Assembly (NCBI GenBank): GCA_038217285.1
Contig: JBBQPO010000052.1
Coordinates: 1 to 26,503 of the forward strand
DNA length: 26,503 nucleotides
Origin: Chthonomonadales bacterium
Lineage (GTDB): Bacteria > Armatimonadota > Chthonomonadetes > Chthonomonadales > Chthonomonadaceae
Direction of reading: 5' to 3'
The notes under the pieces are model-generated. The model was given only the letters and a program-made list of their open reading frames with translations. It was not told the origin of the DNA and did no database searches. Shown piece by piece: positions 1-8,287 of the stretch (position 1 is its first letter; every line of letters begins with the position of its first letter). A program made the translations under genes and the position numbers.

Positions 1-446
1 GCGTTGTCATAGCCGACGTCGGACGAACGCAGCGTGGATTCCGCCAGTGCGACGGAGGCGTCCAGATCTCGCGCATCCAACAGGATCAGCGTCTCACCTC
101 GGCGAACCCGCTCCCCCTCTCGCACCAGGACGTTCTGCACGCGTCCCATGACCTTGCCGACGATGAGAGCTTCCAGTTCGGCCCGCACGGTTCCGGTTAC
201 CTCGAGGCCTCGCAGGGAGTCCGTCGCCGCGACGGACCGCACGAACGCCACGACGGCCGAAGCTTTCTGCTGCCCGTCGGAAGAGTTCGAAGCGGTGACC
301 GGATGCTTCCCGACCCGCATGCTGTACCAGAGCGCGACGCCGACGACAGCCAGTACGACCGCAATCCCGTTTCGCCGGTGATGCCGCTGCCCCGTTGGGA
401 TGCGCAGCGACGGATGTGTGATGGATGGGTCCAGGTTCTTCTCCAT
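1..446 (-). CDS. RND efflux periplasmic adaptor (membrane fusion protein), 5' part; runs off the window
   Basis: Not in the ORF track. Manual translation from ATG at 446 gives MEKNLDPSITHPSLRIPTGQRHHRRNGIAVVLAVVGVALWYSMRVGKH...LEVTGTVRAELEALIVGKVMGRVQNVLVREGERVRRGETLILLDARDL: an N-terminal TM anchor plus the lipoyl/barrel-sandwich MFP motif. The frame is open to position 1. Confidence 0.88.
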   Translation of the reverse strand, partial: MEKNLDPSITHPSLRIPTGQRHHRRNGIAVVLAVVGVALWYSMRVGKHPVTASNSSDGQQKASAVVAFVRSVAATDSLRGLEVTGTVRAELEALIVGKVMGRVQNVLVREGERVRRGETLILLDARDLDASVALAESTLRSSDVGYDN

Positions 447-579
447 AGTCTGTACCTCGTGGTTCTCCCTAGTCTGTCCCTCGATGGGCGTTCATTGGCC
501 CTGATGAAGTTATGGCAATTATGTCAGTTCAGGCTGACAAAGATATCCCCACAATGGCGGATTGTATCCCCTCCATAAG

Positions 580-615
580 TCAATAATAGCAATATATATA
601 TTTAGCTATTCTTGA
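580..615. promoter_or_regulatory. Imperfect palindrome, candidate ArsR operator upstream of the second RND adaptor
   Basis: TCAAtAATAGC-aatatatatattta-GCTATTcTTGA. The core (585-610) aligns with the palindrome at 981-1006. Confidence 0.65.
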
Positions 616-656
616 ACTGTAGTGAGGCGAAAACGCCGGCTGCCTCATTCCTTACT

Positions 657-983
657 TCAGGGCTTTTGATGATGGCGGATGCACTCGAGTAACAGCAGAA
701 CACTCCGATCCGCGATGCCATACAGAACGAAGTTCCGCTCGCGGCGTGCCGAAAGCACGCCCTGATCTTTCAGAATTCGGAGTTGCTGACTGATGATAGC
801 CTGTCCTGCGCCTGTCGCCTCCATAATGTCACTGACGCTGCGCGGTTCGCCTGCCTGATCCAGATAGTCCAGGATACGCAGACGCAACGGGTGCGCGACA
901 TTGCGGATAATAGGAGCCACGCGCTCCAACGTTTCCATATCGATGAGAGTAAAATGCCCCTGGCTCTGTTCTTGATTTATCAT
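657..983 (-). CDS. ArsR/SmtB family transcriptional repressor
   Basis: 108 aa; AHPLRLRIL...SVSDI...QAIISQQLRILKDQGVLSARRERNFVLY winged-HTH signature. Confidence 0.92.
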   Translation of the reverse strand: MINQEQSQGHFTLIDMETLERVAPIIRNVAHPLRLRILDYLDQAGEPRSVSDIMEATGAGQAIISQQLRILKDQGVLSARRERNFVLYGIADRSVLLLLECIRHHQKP

Positions 984-1021
984 AGTGATATAGTTATACC
1001 ACTATGTTCGTATAATGTCAA
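981..1021 (-). promoter_or_regulatory. Sigma70 promoter of the ArsR gene with overlapping palindromic operator
   Basis: Minus strand TTGACA (1021-1016), 17 bp spacer, TATAAC (998-993), 9 nt before the ATG. The palindrome CATAGTGaTATAgtTATAcCACTATG (981-1006) covers the -10 and the start codon. Confidence 0.8.
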
Positions 1022-1047
1022 GTCGGCGGCACGGCTGAATCAAGTTT

Positions 1048-4000
1048 TCAGCGCTGGGGATGGCGATGCTGAAGGTGACGCAGCGTCACATAGAGTGTGG
1101 GGGCGAACAGCAGGGTGAATAGCGTAGAGAAGCTGAGCCCTCCAATGACTGCAATGGCGAGCGGCTGCTGCATTTCCGCTCCGGCCCCGATGCCGAGCGC
1201 GAGTGGGACGAGTCCGAGCAGCGCGGTCAGCGTGGTCATGAGGATCGGTCGCAGGCGGACGCGTCCGGCGTGGACCACGGCCTCCTCCACCGTGCTCCCC
1301 TCTTCTTCCATCTTCTGGGCCTGATCCAGCAGCAGAATACCGTTCTTGACTACGATACCCGCCAGCATCACCCCGCCCATAAGGGACGAGACGTTGAGCG
1401 GCGTGCCTGTGATATAGAGCCCGAACGTGACGCCGAAGAGCGAGAGCGGCATGATGAGCAGGATCACCGTAGGAGCCGTGAAGGCGCGGAACTGGAACAT
1501 CATGACGCTGTAGACGAGCACGATGGCGAGACCAAGCACCACGGCGATATTGCGAAAAGACTCGTTCTGGCTTTCGAACTGGCCGCCAAAGACGGGGGAG
1601 ACTCCGGCCGGCATCTGCGTATGCTTGACCATCGTCTGGACATCCCGCATCACGCTGCCGAGGTCGCGCCCGGAGAGGCGAGCCGTGACCGACACCACAC
1701 GCCGCTGATCTTCACGATGGATCTCCGTTGTGCCGGGCACACTCTCGATCCGCGCCACCGCCGAGAGCGGCAGCGCGAAGCCGTTGGGGGAGCGTAGAGG
1801 CAGTGTCTCGATCTGGGCGAGTTCATTTCGGTACGCGGCAGGATAGCGGACGCGAACACCGATCTGCCGTTCGCCTTGAAGAAGTTGCGTGACGACATCC
1901 CCGAAGAGCGCGGCGTTGGTCTGATCGGCCACCATGTCCGGCGTCATTCCGGCGCGTCCCGCTCGGAGGGGATCGACCTGTATGACCAGTTCCGGCCCGG
2001 CTTCGATCACGCCCGACTTGCTGTCCGCCGTCCCTTTGATTTTATCGAGTTTCTCCTTGAGTCCCTTCGCCAGCTCCTCGACCTGCTGCCGATTCTCCCC
2101 GAACAGTTTGATCTCGACCGGGTCGGTCGCGCCGGCAAGGTCACCGATCATATCCTGGAGAATCTGGGAAAAATCGACATCCACGCCCGGAGCGTCGTCC
2201 GCGATCCGCTTCCGCACATCGGCGATGACCTCCTCGATGCCGCGCTTGCGGTCCGGCTTGAGGATCACCGCGAAGTCGCCCCGGTTCGGCTCTGTGATCG
2301 CGAAGCCAAGTTCCGTGCCGGTACGCCGCGAGTAGCCTGTCACTTCCGGCGTCTCTTTCAGGACGTTCTCGATCTTGCGGAGCAAACGGTCGCTTTCGGT
2401 GAGCGTCGTACCGGGTGGCGTCAGATAGTCGAGAATGAACGCCCCTTCGTCCATCGTGGGCATGAAGCCGGTCTTGAGATTCGAACCGAACCAGAACGTC
2501 AGGCCAAGGATGGCGAGCACGGCCGGAACCATGATCCAACGCGCCCGCAGGCTGCGGCGCAGCACCCATTCATAGAGATGGAGGAACTTTTCGAACAGCC
2601 GTCCATGCTCTTTCTGACCGGGCTTGATCTGCAGGAACGCCGCGCAGAGGCTCGGACTGACAAGCAGCGCCAGCACCAGCGAGACTATGAGCGCGATGCA
2701 GAGCGTGACGGCCAGAGCGGTGAAGAAGGCCCCGGCGACGCCGGACAGCAGGACGAGCGGCATAAAGACCACGACCGTCGTCAGGGTGGACGAGATCATA
2801 GGGGCGGCGATCTCATGGGCCGCGCGCTGCACGGCGGCGATGCGCGTCTCTCCTTCCGAGAGGTGTCGGAATACGTTCTCAACGACGACGATGGCGTCGT
2901 CAATGACCAGGCCGATACCGATGGCGAGAGCGCCCAGGGTCATCAGGTTCAGCGACATGCCGGCCAGACGCATCAGCAGAAAGGTGATCAGCACCGTGGC
3001 GGGAATAATGACGGCGGTGACGAGCGTGGCCCGCAGATTGCCGAGAAACAGCATCAGCACGACCACCGCCAATGCGGCTCCGATAAAGACGGCATCCCGC
3101 ACGCTGCCGACCGCCTCCCCGACCAGCACGGACTGGTCGTAGAAGACGCCGATCTCAGTGCCGGGCGGCAGAGTCTTGCGGATCGCGCTTACTTCGGACA
3201 TGACCGCCGCGACGACCGCCACCGTATTGGCGTCGGGCTGGCGCAGGATATTGATCAGCACCGACTCCGCGCCGTCCGCCGTCACGACCGTCGTGTTATC
3301 CTGGGTAGAAGACCGAATCGTCGCTATCTGACGCAGGAAGGTCGGAACGCCGTTATGCTGCATCACGACCACATCGCCTAAGCGCTGCGGATCGGTCTTC
3401 TCGCCGGAGACCACGACCGAATAGGTCTGGAACTGCCTGTCCAGACGGCCGACCGCCCGAACGACGTTGGACTGCGTGAGCGCCTGTTCGACATCGGTTA
3501 GCGAGAGGTGATAGGCGACCAACTGCTGCGGGATGATCTCGACAGCGATCTCCGGCACGCGACCGCCCTGCACGATAGTGCGGGCGACCCCGGAGGCCCG
3601 CGCCAGACGCGGTCGGATCGTATAGGTCGCCAGCGTCCAGAGCTGGGACTGCGACAGGGTTTTCGAGTGCAGCGACAGGCCCAGGATCGGGAACACAGTG
3701 GCGTTCATGCGCTCTACGCTGACACGCGCATCCATCGGCAACAGCGGACGGACTTCGTCCACTTTCGCAGTCACCAACTGCAGCGCGGAGGCGATGTCGA
3801 CTCCCCAGTCGAAGTCGATATCCACTTCGGTCGCGCCGCGCTCGGTGAGGGAGCGCACCTTATGCACGCCGGGGACGGTGGCGACCGCCTCTTCCAGTCG
3901 CCGCGTGATACTGGCTTCAACCATACGGGACGGCCTGTCCCCAGCCTCTGCGATGACTTTGATCCGTGGAAACGTCACGTCGGGCAGAATAGCGACCGGG

Positions 4001-4095
4001 AACGAGGTCAGCATGATTCCACCGATGACACAGAGCACCACGGTGACAAACAGCACGGCCTTGAGGTGGTCCGTCGCGAATCGGCTCAGGTTCAT
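1048..4095 (-). CDS. RND efflux transporter permease subunit (AcrB/CusA superfamily)
   Basis: 1015 aa with RND topology; motifs GLVIDDAIVVVEN, VVKNGILL, RLRPILMT, QPLAIAVIGGL. Confidence 0.95.
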   Translation of the reverse strand: MNLSRFATDHLKAVLFVTVVLCVIGGIMLTSFPVAILPDVTFPRIKVIAEAGDRPSRMVEASITRRLEEAVATVPGVHKVRSLTERGATEVDIDFDWGVDIASALQLVTAKVDEVRPLLPMDARVSVERMNATVFPILGLSLHSKTLSQSQLWTLATYTIRPRLARASGVARTIVQGGRVPEIAVEIIPQQLVAYHLSLTDVEQALTQSNVVRAVGRLDRQFQTYSVVVSGEKTDPQRLGDVVVMQHNGVPTFLRQIATIRSSTQDNTTVVTADGAESVLINILRQPDANTVAVVAAVMSEVSAIRKTLPPGTEIGVFYDQSVLVGEAVGSVRDAVFIGAALAVVVLMLFLGNLRATLVTAVIIPATVLITFLLMRLAGMSLNLMTLGALAIGIGLVIDDAIVVVENVFRHLSEGETRIAAVQRAAHEIAAPMISSTLTTVVVFMPLVLLSGVAGAFFTALAVTLCIALIVSLVLALLVSPSLCAAFLQIKPGQKEHGRLFEKFLHLYEWVLRRSLRARWIMVPAVLAILGLTFWFGSNLKTGFMPTMDEGAFILDYLTPPGTTLTESDRLLRKIENVLKETPEVTGYSRRTGTELGFAITEPNRGDFAVILKPDRKRGIEEVIADVRKRIADDAPGVDVDFSQILQDMIGDLAGATDPVEIKLFGENRQQVEELAKGLKEKLDKIKGTADSKSGVIEAGPELVIQVDPLRAGRAGMTPDMVADQTNAALFGDVVTQLLQGERQIGVRVRYPAAYRNELAQIETLPLRSPNGFALPLSAVARIESVPGTTEIHREDQRRVVSVTARLSGRDLGSVMRDVQTMVKHTQMPAGVSPVFGGQFESQNESFRNIAVVLGLAIVLVYSVMMFQFRAFTAPTVILLIMPLSLFGVTFGLYITGTPLNVSSLMGGVMLAGIVVKNGILLLDQAQKMEEEGSTVEEAVVHAGRVRLRPILMTTLTALLGLVPLALGIGAGAEMQQPLAIAVIGGLSFSTLFTLLFAPTLYVTLRHLQHRHPQR

Positions 4096-5675
4096 TCTTT
4101 CCCTGCGCCCTTCTTTTCCGCCTCTTTGACTTTGGCCCCGTCCGTGAGTTCATAACCCCCGAGGTTGACGATGCGGGCGTCCGCCGTCAGCCCTTCGGTG
4201 ATGGCAACGAAGCCGTTGCGTTCCGGGCCAACCGTCACTTCTTTCTGGTGCGCGACATCGTCCTTGCCGACCACAAACACGACCGACTTGCCGTCATGGG
4301 CAAGAATGGCCTGCTTCGGCACGACGATCGCGTGCGGATCGGTATGCAGGACGACCTCCGCGAGGGCATAGCCGCCGACGCGCAGGGCGTCTCCCGCGTT
4401 GTAGACTGCGATACGCACGGCAAGGAGGTTGGTCTGTGGATCGACCTGGCCGACACTGAGCACACTGCCGGTGAAGGTCTTGCCGGGCACATCGGGGGTG
4501 GTGATACGAGCGGCCATGCCAGCGCGGAGCTTCATCCCGTCCGCCGCGCTCAGGTTGGCGATAAGGTTCAGACTGCGCCCGTCGGAGATCTCGACAATAG
4601 GATTGGTCACATCCGCCATATCGCCGGGATTCAGGTTTCGGCGGGTGACGACGCCGGACAGAGGGGCATGCACTTCGGCGTAGTTCGCGCTGGCCTGCGC
4701 GGCGGTGAAGTCGGCCTCTTTTTGCGCTACCGTCTGCCGAACGGCGAGGGCATCCTGCCGCTTCACGGCGACCTGGCCGATGGTCTCCCGCGCCTGTTTC
4801 AGCGCCCCTTCGGCCTGCAGAACTTTGCCATCACCCGTCTTCTGCGCCTGCCGCAGCAGCTCCTGGGCGCCATCGACGCGCAGTTGCGCGGCCTGCAGAT
4901 CTTCCCGGCGTGCGCCAGCGCGAACCAGCTCGCTCTGCTGTTTCGCGCTCTCCAGGGTGGAGTTGGCGACATCGAAGGCTGTCTGCGCGTCGTCGACCCG
5001 GCTTTTCGCCGCGATGCCGATACTGAGCAGCTTCTGAGAGCGTTGCAGTTCGAGTTCGGCCCGGTCGCGGGTCGCCTGCGCCTGCCGCACCGCCTGATCC
5101 GCCTGCGCAATCTCCTGCGGACGCGCGCCAGCCTGCGTCTTGCGGAGGTCGGTCTGAGCGGCCAGCAGTGCGTTCTGCGCCTGTTTGATGCCGTTGTCGC
5201 GATCCAGGCGCGCCGACTCCAGGGCCAGCAGCGCCACCTTCACGACGTTGCCCTGATCGGTCGCGGCGGCGCGCGCCGCCATGTCCGCTTCTCGCGCCTG
5301 TTCCTGTGCGACGCGCAGAGCCGCCCCGGCGCTTCGAGCCTGCGACTGCTGCGGGCGGTTATCGACGGTGGCGATAACCTGCCCTGCCGTCACACGGTCG
5401 CCCTCCCGCACCCGAACGGTGACGAGACGCCCCGGCGTCGAAGGCGCCACTCGGGCCACAGCTCCCTGGCCGGGGGCCAGCGTTCCCTGCGCCGCGATCA
5501 CGGTTTCCATCGAGCGCACGGTCGCCGAGGCGAACTCCACGGCGGTCGGCTCCGCGCTCGCCGCATCGGCGGGTGCATCCGCTGCCGCTTCCGGTGCCTT
5601 GTGCCTGCATCCGCTCAACAGCAACACCAGCACGAGACAGATCGCCGGCACTCGGTAATTTTTCGGGTTTCGCAA
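4092..5675 (-). CDS. RND efflux periplasmic adaptor (MFP), lipoprotein with long alpha-helical hairpin
   Basis: Lipobox LLLSGC; GRLVTVRVREGDRVTAGQVIA and VHAPLSGVV lipoyl halves; VDPQT and VVPKQAI motifs; ATGA overlap with the permease gene. Confidence 0.92.
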   Translation of the reverse strand: MRNPKNYRVPAICLVLVLLLSGCRHKAPEAAADAPADAASAEPTAVEFASATVRSMETVIAAQGTLAPGQGAVARVAPSTPGRLVTVRVREGDRVTAGQVIATVDNRPQQSQARSAGAALRVAQEQAREADMAARAAATDQGNVVKVALLALESARLDRDNGIKQAQNALLAAQTDLRKTQAGARPQEIAQADQAVRQAQATRDRAELELQRSQKLLSIGIAAKSRVDDAQTAFDVANSTLESAKQQSELVRAGARREDLQAAQLRVDGAQELLRQAQKTGDGKVLQAEGALKQARETIGQVAVKRQDALAVRQTVAQKEADFTAAQASANYAEVHAPLSGVVTRRNLNPGDMADVTNPIVEISDGRSLNLIANLSAADGMKLRAGMAARITTPDVPGKTFTGSVLSVGQVDPQTNLLAVRIAVYNAGDALRVGGYALAEVVLHTDPHAIVVPKQAILAHDGKSVVFVVGKDDVAHQKEVTVGPERNGFVAITEGLTADARIVNLGGYELTDGAKVKEAEKKGAGKE

Positions 5676-5713
5676 CGTCGCAGACTTCCTTCCGTTTCAC
5701 TGTCTCCATCTTC

Positions 5714-5757
5714 ATTATAACCAGACTCCCTGAGAACAGGTTGAGAAGCCTGTGAGA
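5714..5757 (-). promoter_or_regulatory. -10 box plus three TCTCA direct repeats at 11-bp period; candidate OmpR-family regulator binding site
   Basis: Plus strand TGAGA at 5731, 5742 and 5753; minus strand TATAAT at 5719-5714; no consensus -35. Confidence 0.7.
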
Positions 5758-5762
5758 GTTTT

Positions 5763-7106
5763 CTAAGGGAGAGAAGAGGCGAATGTCACCAGTACGCGCA
5801 CCCCGTCTTCGCTCTGATCCAGGGCGATTTGCCAGCCGTTAGCGGTGGCAATGGCCCGACAGATGGCGAGGCCAAGACCGTTGCCGCCGGTATCCGAGGT
5901 GCGCGCCTCGTCCGGGCGATAGAAAGGCTCGAACAGCGCCGTCGTGTCGAGGCGAGGCTGCGCAGGAAAGGCGTTGAAAAGCTCCAGGCAGGGCACGTCA
6001 CTGGGTGAGAGCAGACGGACGGTGATGCCCCCGCCAGCCGTGGCGTACTTGAGAGCGTTTTCGATCAGATTGCGAATCAGCATCTCCGCGTGCTGGGGGA
6101 ACGCCGCCACCTCGAACCCAAGCTTCAATTCCGAGGAGACGTGCAGATGACGACGGTCGATAAGCGGCTGAAACTGGGTTAGGATGCGCTCCGAAATCTC
6201 GGCAAGATCGACGGGCTCGCGGGGCAGACTGTCGGGGGTGGGTCGATCCAACTGGTTCAGGAGCAGCAGTCCCTGCACCAGCGCAGAAAGGCGCTGCGTT
6301 TGACGCGAGGCCTCTGCTGTCGCCGTTTTGTACTCGTCGCGGCTGCGTTCGCGGCTCAGAGCCACTTCCAGATGCCCGGAGAGGGCCTGCAATGGGGTGC
6401 GAAGCTCATGCGAGGCGGCCGCATAGAAACGTCCTCTCGCTTCGGCGGTCTTGCCGACACTGGTCAACAGCGCATTCAAGGTGGCGACGAGTTCGACCAC
6501 TTCGGCGTCCTGTGAGGGAGCCAGCAGGCGCTGATGCAGACTGTCGGTCACCGCTGCGCCCCGTGCCTGGTGCGAGAGCGAGTGGATCGGGGAGAGCGTC
6601 CGGCCCACGAGCCACCAGGCTCCGAACGCCGAGGCCAGCACAACACAGAGGCTCAGCACCAGCAGCACCACCGCCTCTCGTTTCAAGATCAGCTCCGATT
6701 TGCGCCAGTAGGTGCCGATCACAATGGTTTTCGCGCGGTAAGCCAGAGACCTGGTGCGCCAGCCGTCCTTTCGCCGATGCGGCCAGGAGGGCGCAGCGCT
6801 CTGCGATTTTCGGAGCACGTTGCCCTGCGCGTCCACCAGCAGCAGGGCGAGGCCTTCCATTTTCAGGCTATCGCCATTCTCTGCCAGAAAATCGTTGAAA
6901 CCGTGGCCACTCGTGATGTCCGCCAGTTCGTTTCTTATCCGCCGCGCCGCCGTATCCAATGTCGTCTCTGCAGATTGTACGGCCGTGTAGTGCAGGTAGA
7001 AAAGGAGTCCGCCTGCGATCAGGGCCATCAGGGCAGCGGTCTGCAGCGCAAAGGCGAGCGTCATGCGGGCGCGAATGGAGCCGTGCGCAGGCTTTTCAGA
7101 CGCCAT
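5763..7106 (-). CDS. Membrane sensor histidine kinase (2 TM, HAMP, HisKA, HATPase)
   Basis: H-box AASHELRTPL, N-box NLIENALKY, FEPFYR, G2 GGNGLGLAI; overlaps the response regulator gene. Confidence 0.93.
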   Translation of the reverse strand: MASEKPAHGSIRARMTLAFALQTAALMALIAGGLLFYLHYTAVQSAETTLDTAARRIRNELADITSGHGFNDFLAENGDSLKMEGLALLLVDAQGNVLRKSQSAAPSWPHRRKDGWRTRSLAYRAKTIVIGTYWRKSELILKREAVVLLVLSLCVVLASAFGAWWLVGRTLSPIHSLSHQARGAAVTDSLHQRLLAPSQDAEVVELVATLNALLTSVGKTAEARGRFYAAASHELRTPLQALSGHLEVALSRERSRDEYKTATAEASRQTQRLSALVQGLLLLNQLDRPTPDSLPREPVDLAEISERILTQFQPLIDRRHLHVSSELKLGFEVAAFPQHAEMLIRNLIENALKYATAGGGITVRLLSPSDVPCLELFNAFPAQPRLDTTALFEPFYRPDEARTSDTGGNGLGLAICRAIATANGWQIALDQSEDGVRVLVTFASSLP

Positions 7107-7773
7107 CTTCCACTCCCAGTCGGAACCCGACTCCGCGCACCGTATGGATGAGAGTCGGCGTCTGCCCTCTATCTATTTTGCCGCGCAGGTAGCTGATATA
7201 GACGTCGAGCACATTGTCACTGCCGCCGAAATCGTACTGCCAGACATGTTCGAGAATCATCGAACGCGTCAGCACCCTATCGACGTTCCGCATCAGATAC
7301 TCCAGCAGCGCGTATTCGGTAGCGGACAGAGAGACCGTTTTCCCGGCGCGAATGGCACGTCGTGAAGCCGGGTCGAGCGTCAGGTCAGCCACGCGCAGTA
7401 CCGTCGGCGCACTCACGGCGCGGCGCAGCAGCGCTCGGGCCCGCGCGAGCAGTTCCGCCAGTTGAAACGGCTTGACGATATAGTCGTCCGCGCCGCTATC
7501 CAGCCCGTCCACACGGTCCTGCAGGGTGTCTTTCGCGGTGATAATCAGAATCGGCGTCGAGATGTTGGCGCTGCGCAGGCGGCGGCAGACCTCCAGACCG
7601 TTCATTCCCGGCAGCATCACATCGAGCAGAATGAGATCGTAGCCGAGAGATCGGGCCCGCTCCAGCCCTGTCAGGCCGTCCGCCACACTCTCGACCGCAT
7701 ACCCGGCTTCGCTCAGCGCCTGCCCCAGAAATCGCGCCACGCTCTCATCGTCTTCGACGACCAGTACATTCAT
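7096..7773 (-). CDS. OmpR/PhoB family DNA-binding response regulator (CusR/CzcR/MprA-like)
   Basis: VLVVEDD, LILLDVMLP, GADDYIVKPF, NVLDVYISYLR, IHTVRGVGF. Confidence 0.95.
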   Translation of the reverse strand: MNVLVVEDDESVARFLGQALSEAGYAVESVADGLTGLERARSLGYDLILLDVMLPGMNGLEVCRRLRSANISTPILIITAKDTLQDRVDGLDSGADDYIVKPFQLAELLARARALLRRAVSAPTVLRVADLTLDPASRRAIRAGKTVSLSATEYALLEYLMRNVDRVLTRSMILEHVWQYDFGGSDNVLDVYISYLRGKIDRGQTPTLIHTVRGVGFRLGVEDGV

Positions 7774-7846
7774 AAAGCCACTCCGTATGTTATGGGAAGC
7801 CCTACGGGCACCCCAAATCCTTCGCTTCCGCGCGAAGGATTTCAGG

Positions 7847-7883
7847 AAAAAAGCGCAGTCCGGAGGTTCCGTTCTGCGCTTTC
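7847..7883 (-). terminator. Intrinsic terminator downstream of tmRNA
   Basis: Minus strand AAAGCGCAG-aa-CGGA-acc-TCCG-ga-CTGCGCTTTTTT hairpin with U-tract, just past the ssrA 3' end. Confidence 0.8.
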
Positions 7884-7889
7884 TCGATA

Positions 7890-8240
7890 TGGAGGTGGAG
7901 AGACTCGAACTCTCGTTCCCAGTGACTTGTCCGCGGCGTCTACGAGCGTAGCTCTATTTGTGTTTCGCGACCGCCTGTCTTAGAAGCCCGGCGAACGGTG
8001 CGCTAGACTGCGTTTTGTTGTCCCAGTTCAGGCGGCAGACAGGCCCGAGGCGGTAAGCCGAATTTGGTTATGCCCGAGGCTCTCTCTTCCGGCAAGGGAG
8101 AGGCGGACATCGCAGCACTTAGGCCGCGAGCGCGTACTGATTAGTGTTCGCGTTTATGGTTTTGCCGCTTTTTACGAGGCCCACGGCGCCTCGGCTCGCA
8201 ACCGGGGACAGCATCGACCAGGTCGACACCAATCACCCCC
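7890..8240 (-). ncRNA. ssrA: tmRNA (transfer-messenger RNA), tag (A)ANTNQYALAA
   Basis: 5' GGGGGTG...GTCGAC; 3' T-arm GAGAGTTCGAGTCTCTC followed by CACCTCC-A. The acceptor stem has the G3:U alanine identity pair. Resume codon at 8151 reads GCG AAC ACT AAT CAG TAC GCG CTC GCG GCC TAA (stop 8121-8119). CCA is not encoded. Confidence 0.96.
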
Positions 8241-8251
8241 AGAACAGTGTT

Positions 8252-8280
8252 ATTATACGATACAAATCCCGCAAATGCAA
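8252..8280 (-). promoter_or_regulatory. Sigma70 promoter of ssrA
   Basis: TTGCAT (8280-8275), 17 bp spacer, TATAAT (8257-8252), 11 nt upstream of the mature 5' end. Confidence 0.8.
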
Positions 8281-8287
8281 GGTATGA

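Noticed and set aside
34-578. Plus-strand ORFs 34-381 and 303-578
   Set aside because: They overlap the real minus-strand adaptor gene (1-446) and have no protein motifs.
561-583. Minus-strand TTGACT...TACAAT as a promoter for the second adaptor
   Set aside because: The spacer is only 11 bp, so the hexamers cannot form one sigma70 promoter; the -10 alone may still be real.
1876-3381. 501-aa plus-strand ORF
   Set aside because: Antisense shadow of the RND permease; expected in high-GC DNA; no motifs.
4248-5720. 490-aa plus-strand ORF
   Set aside because: Antisense shadow of the RND adaptor.
7815-7842. Hairpin AAATCCTTCGC...GCGAAGGATTT upstream of the response regulator
   Set aside because: A real inverted repeat, but single-copy and next to the ssrA terminator; no function can be assigned.
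7462-7983. ORF crossing the response regulator and ssrA 3' end; apparent tRNA at 7890-7920
   Set aside because: The ORF is a shadow; the tRNA-like arm is the 3' end of tmRNA.
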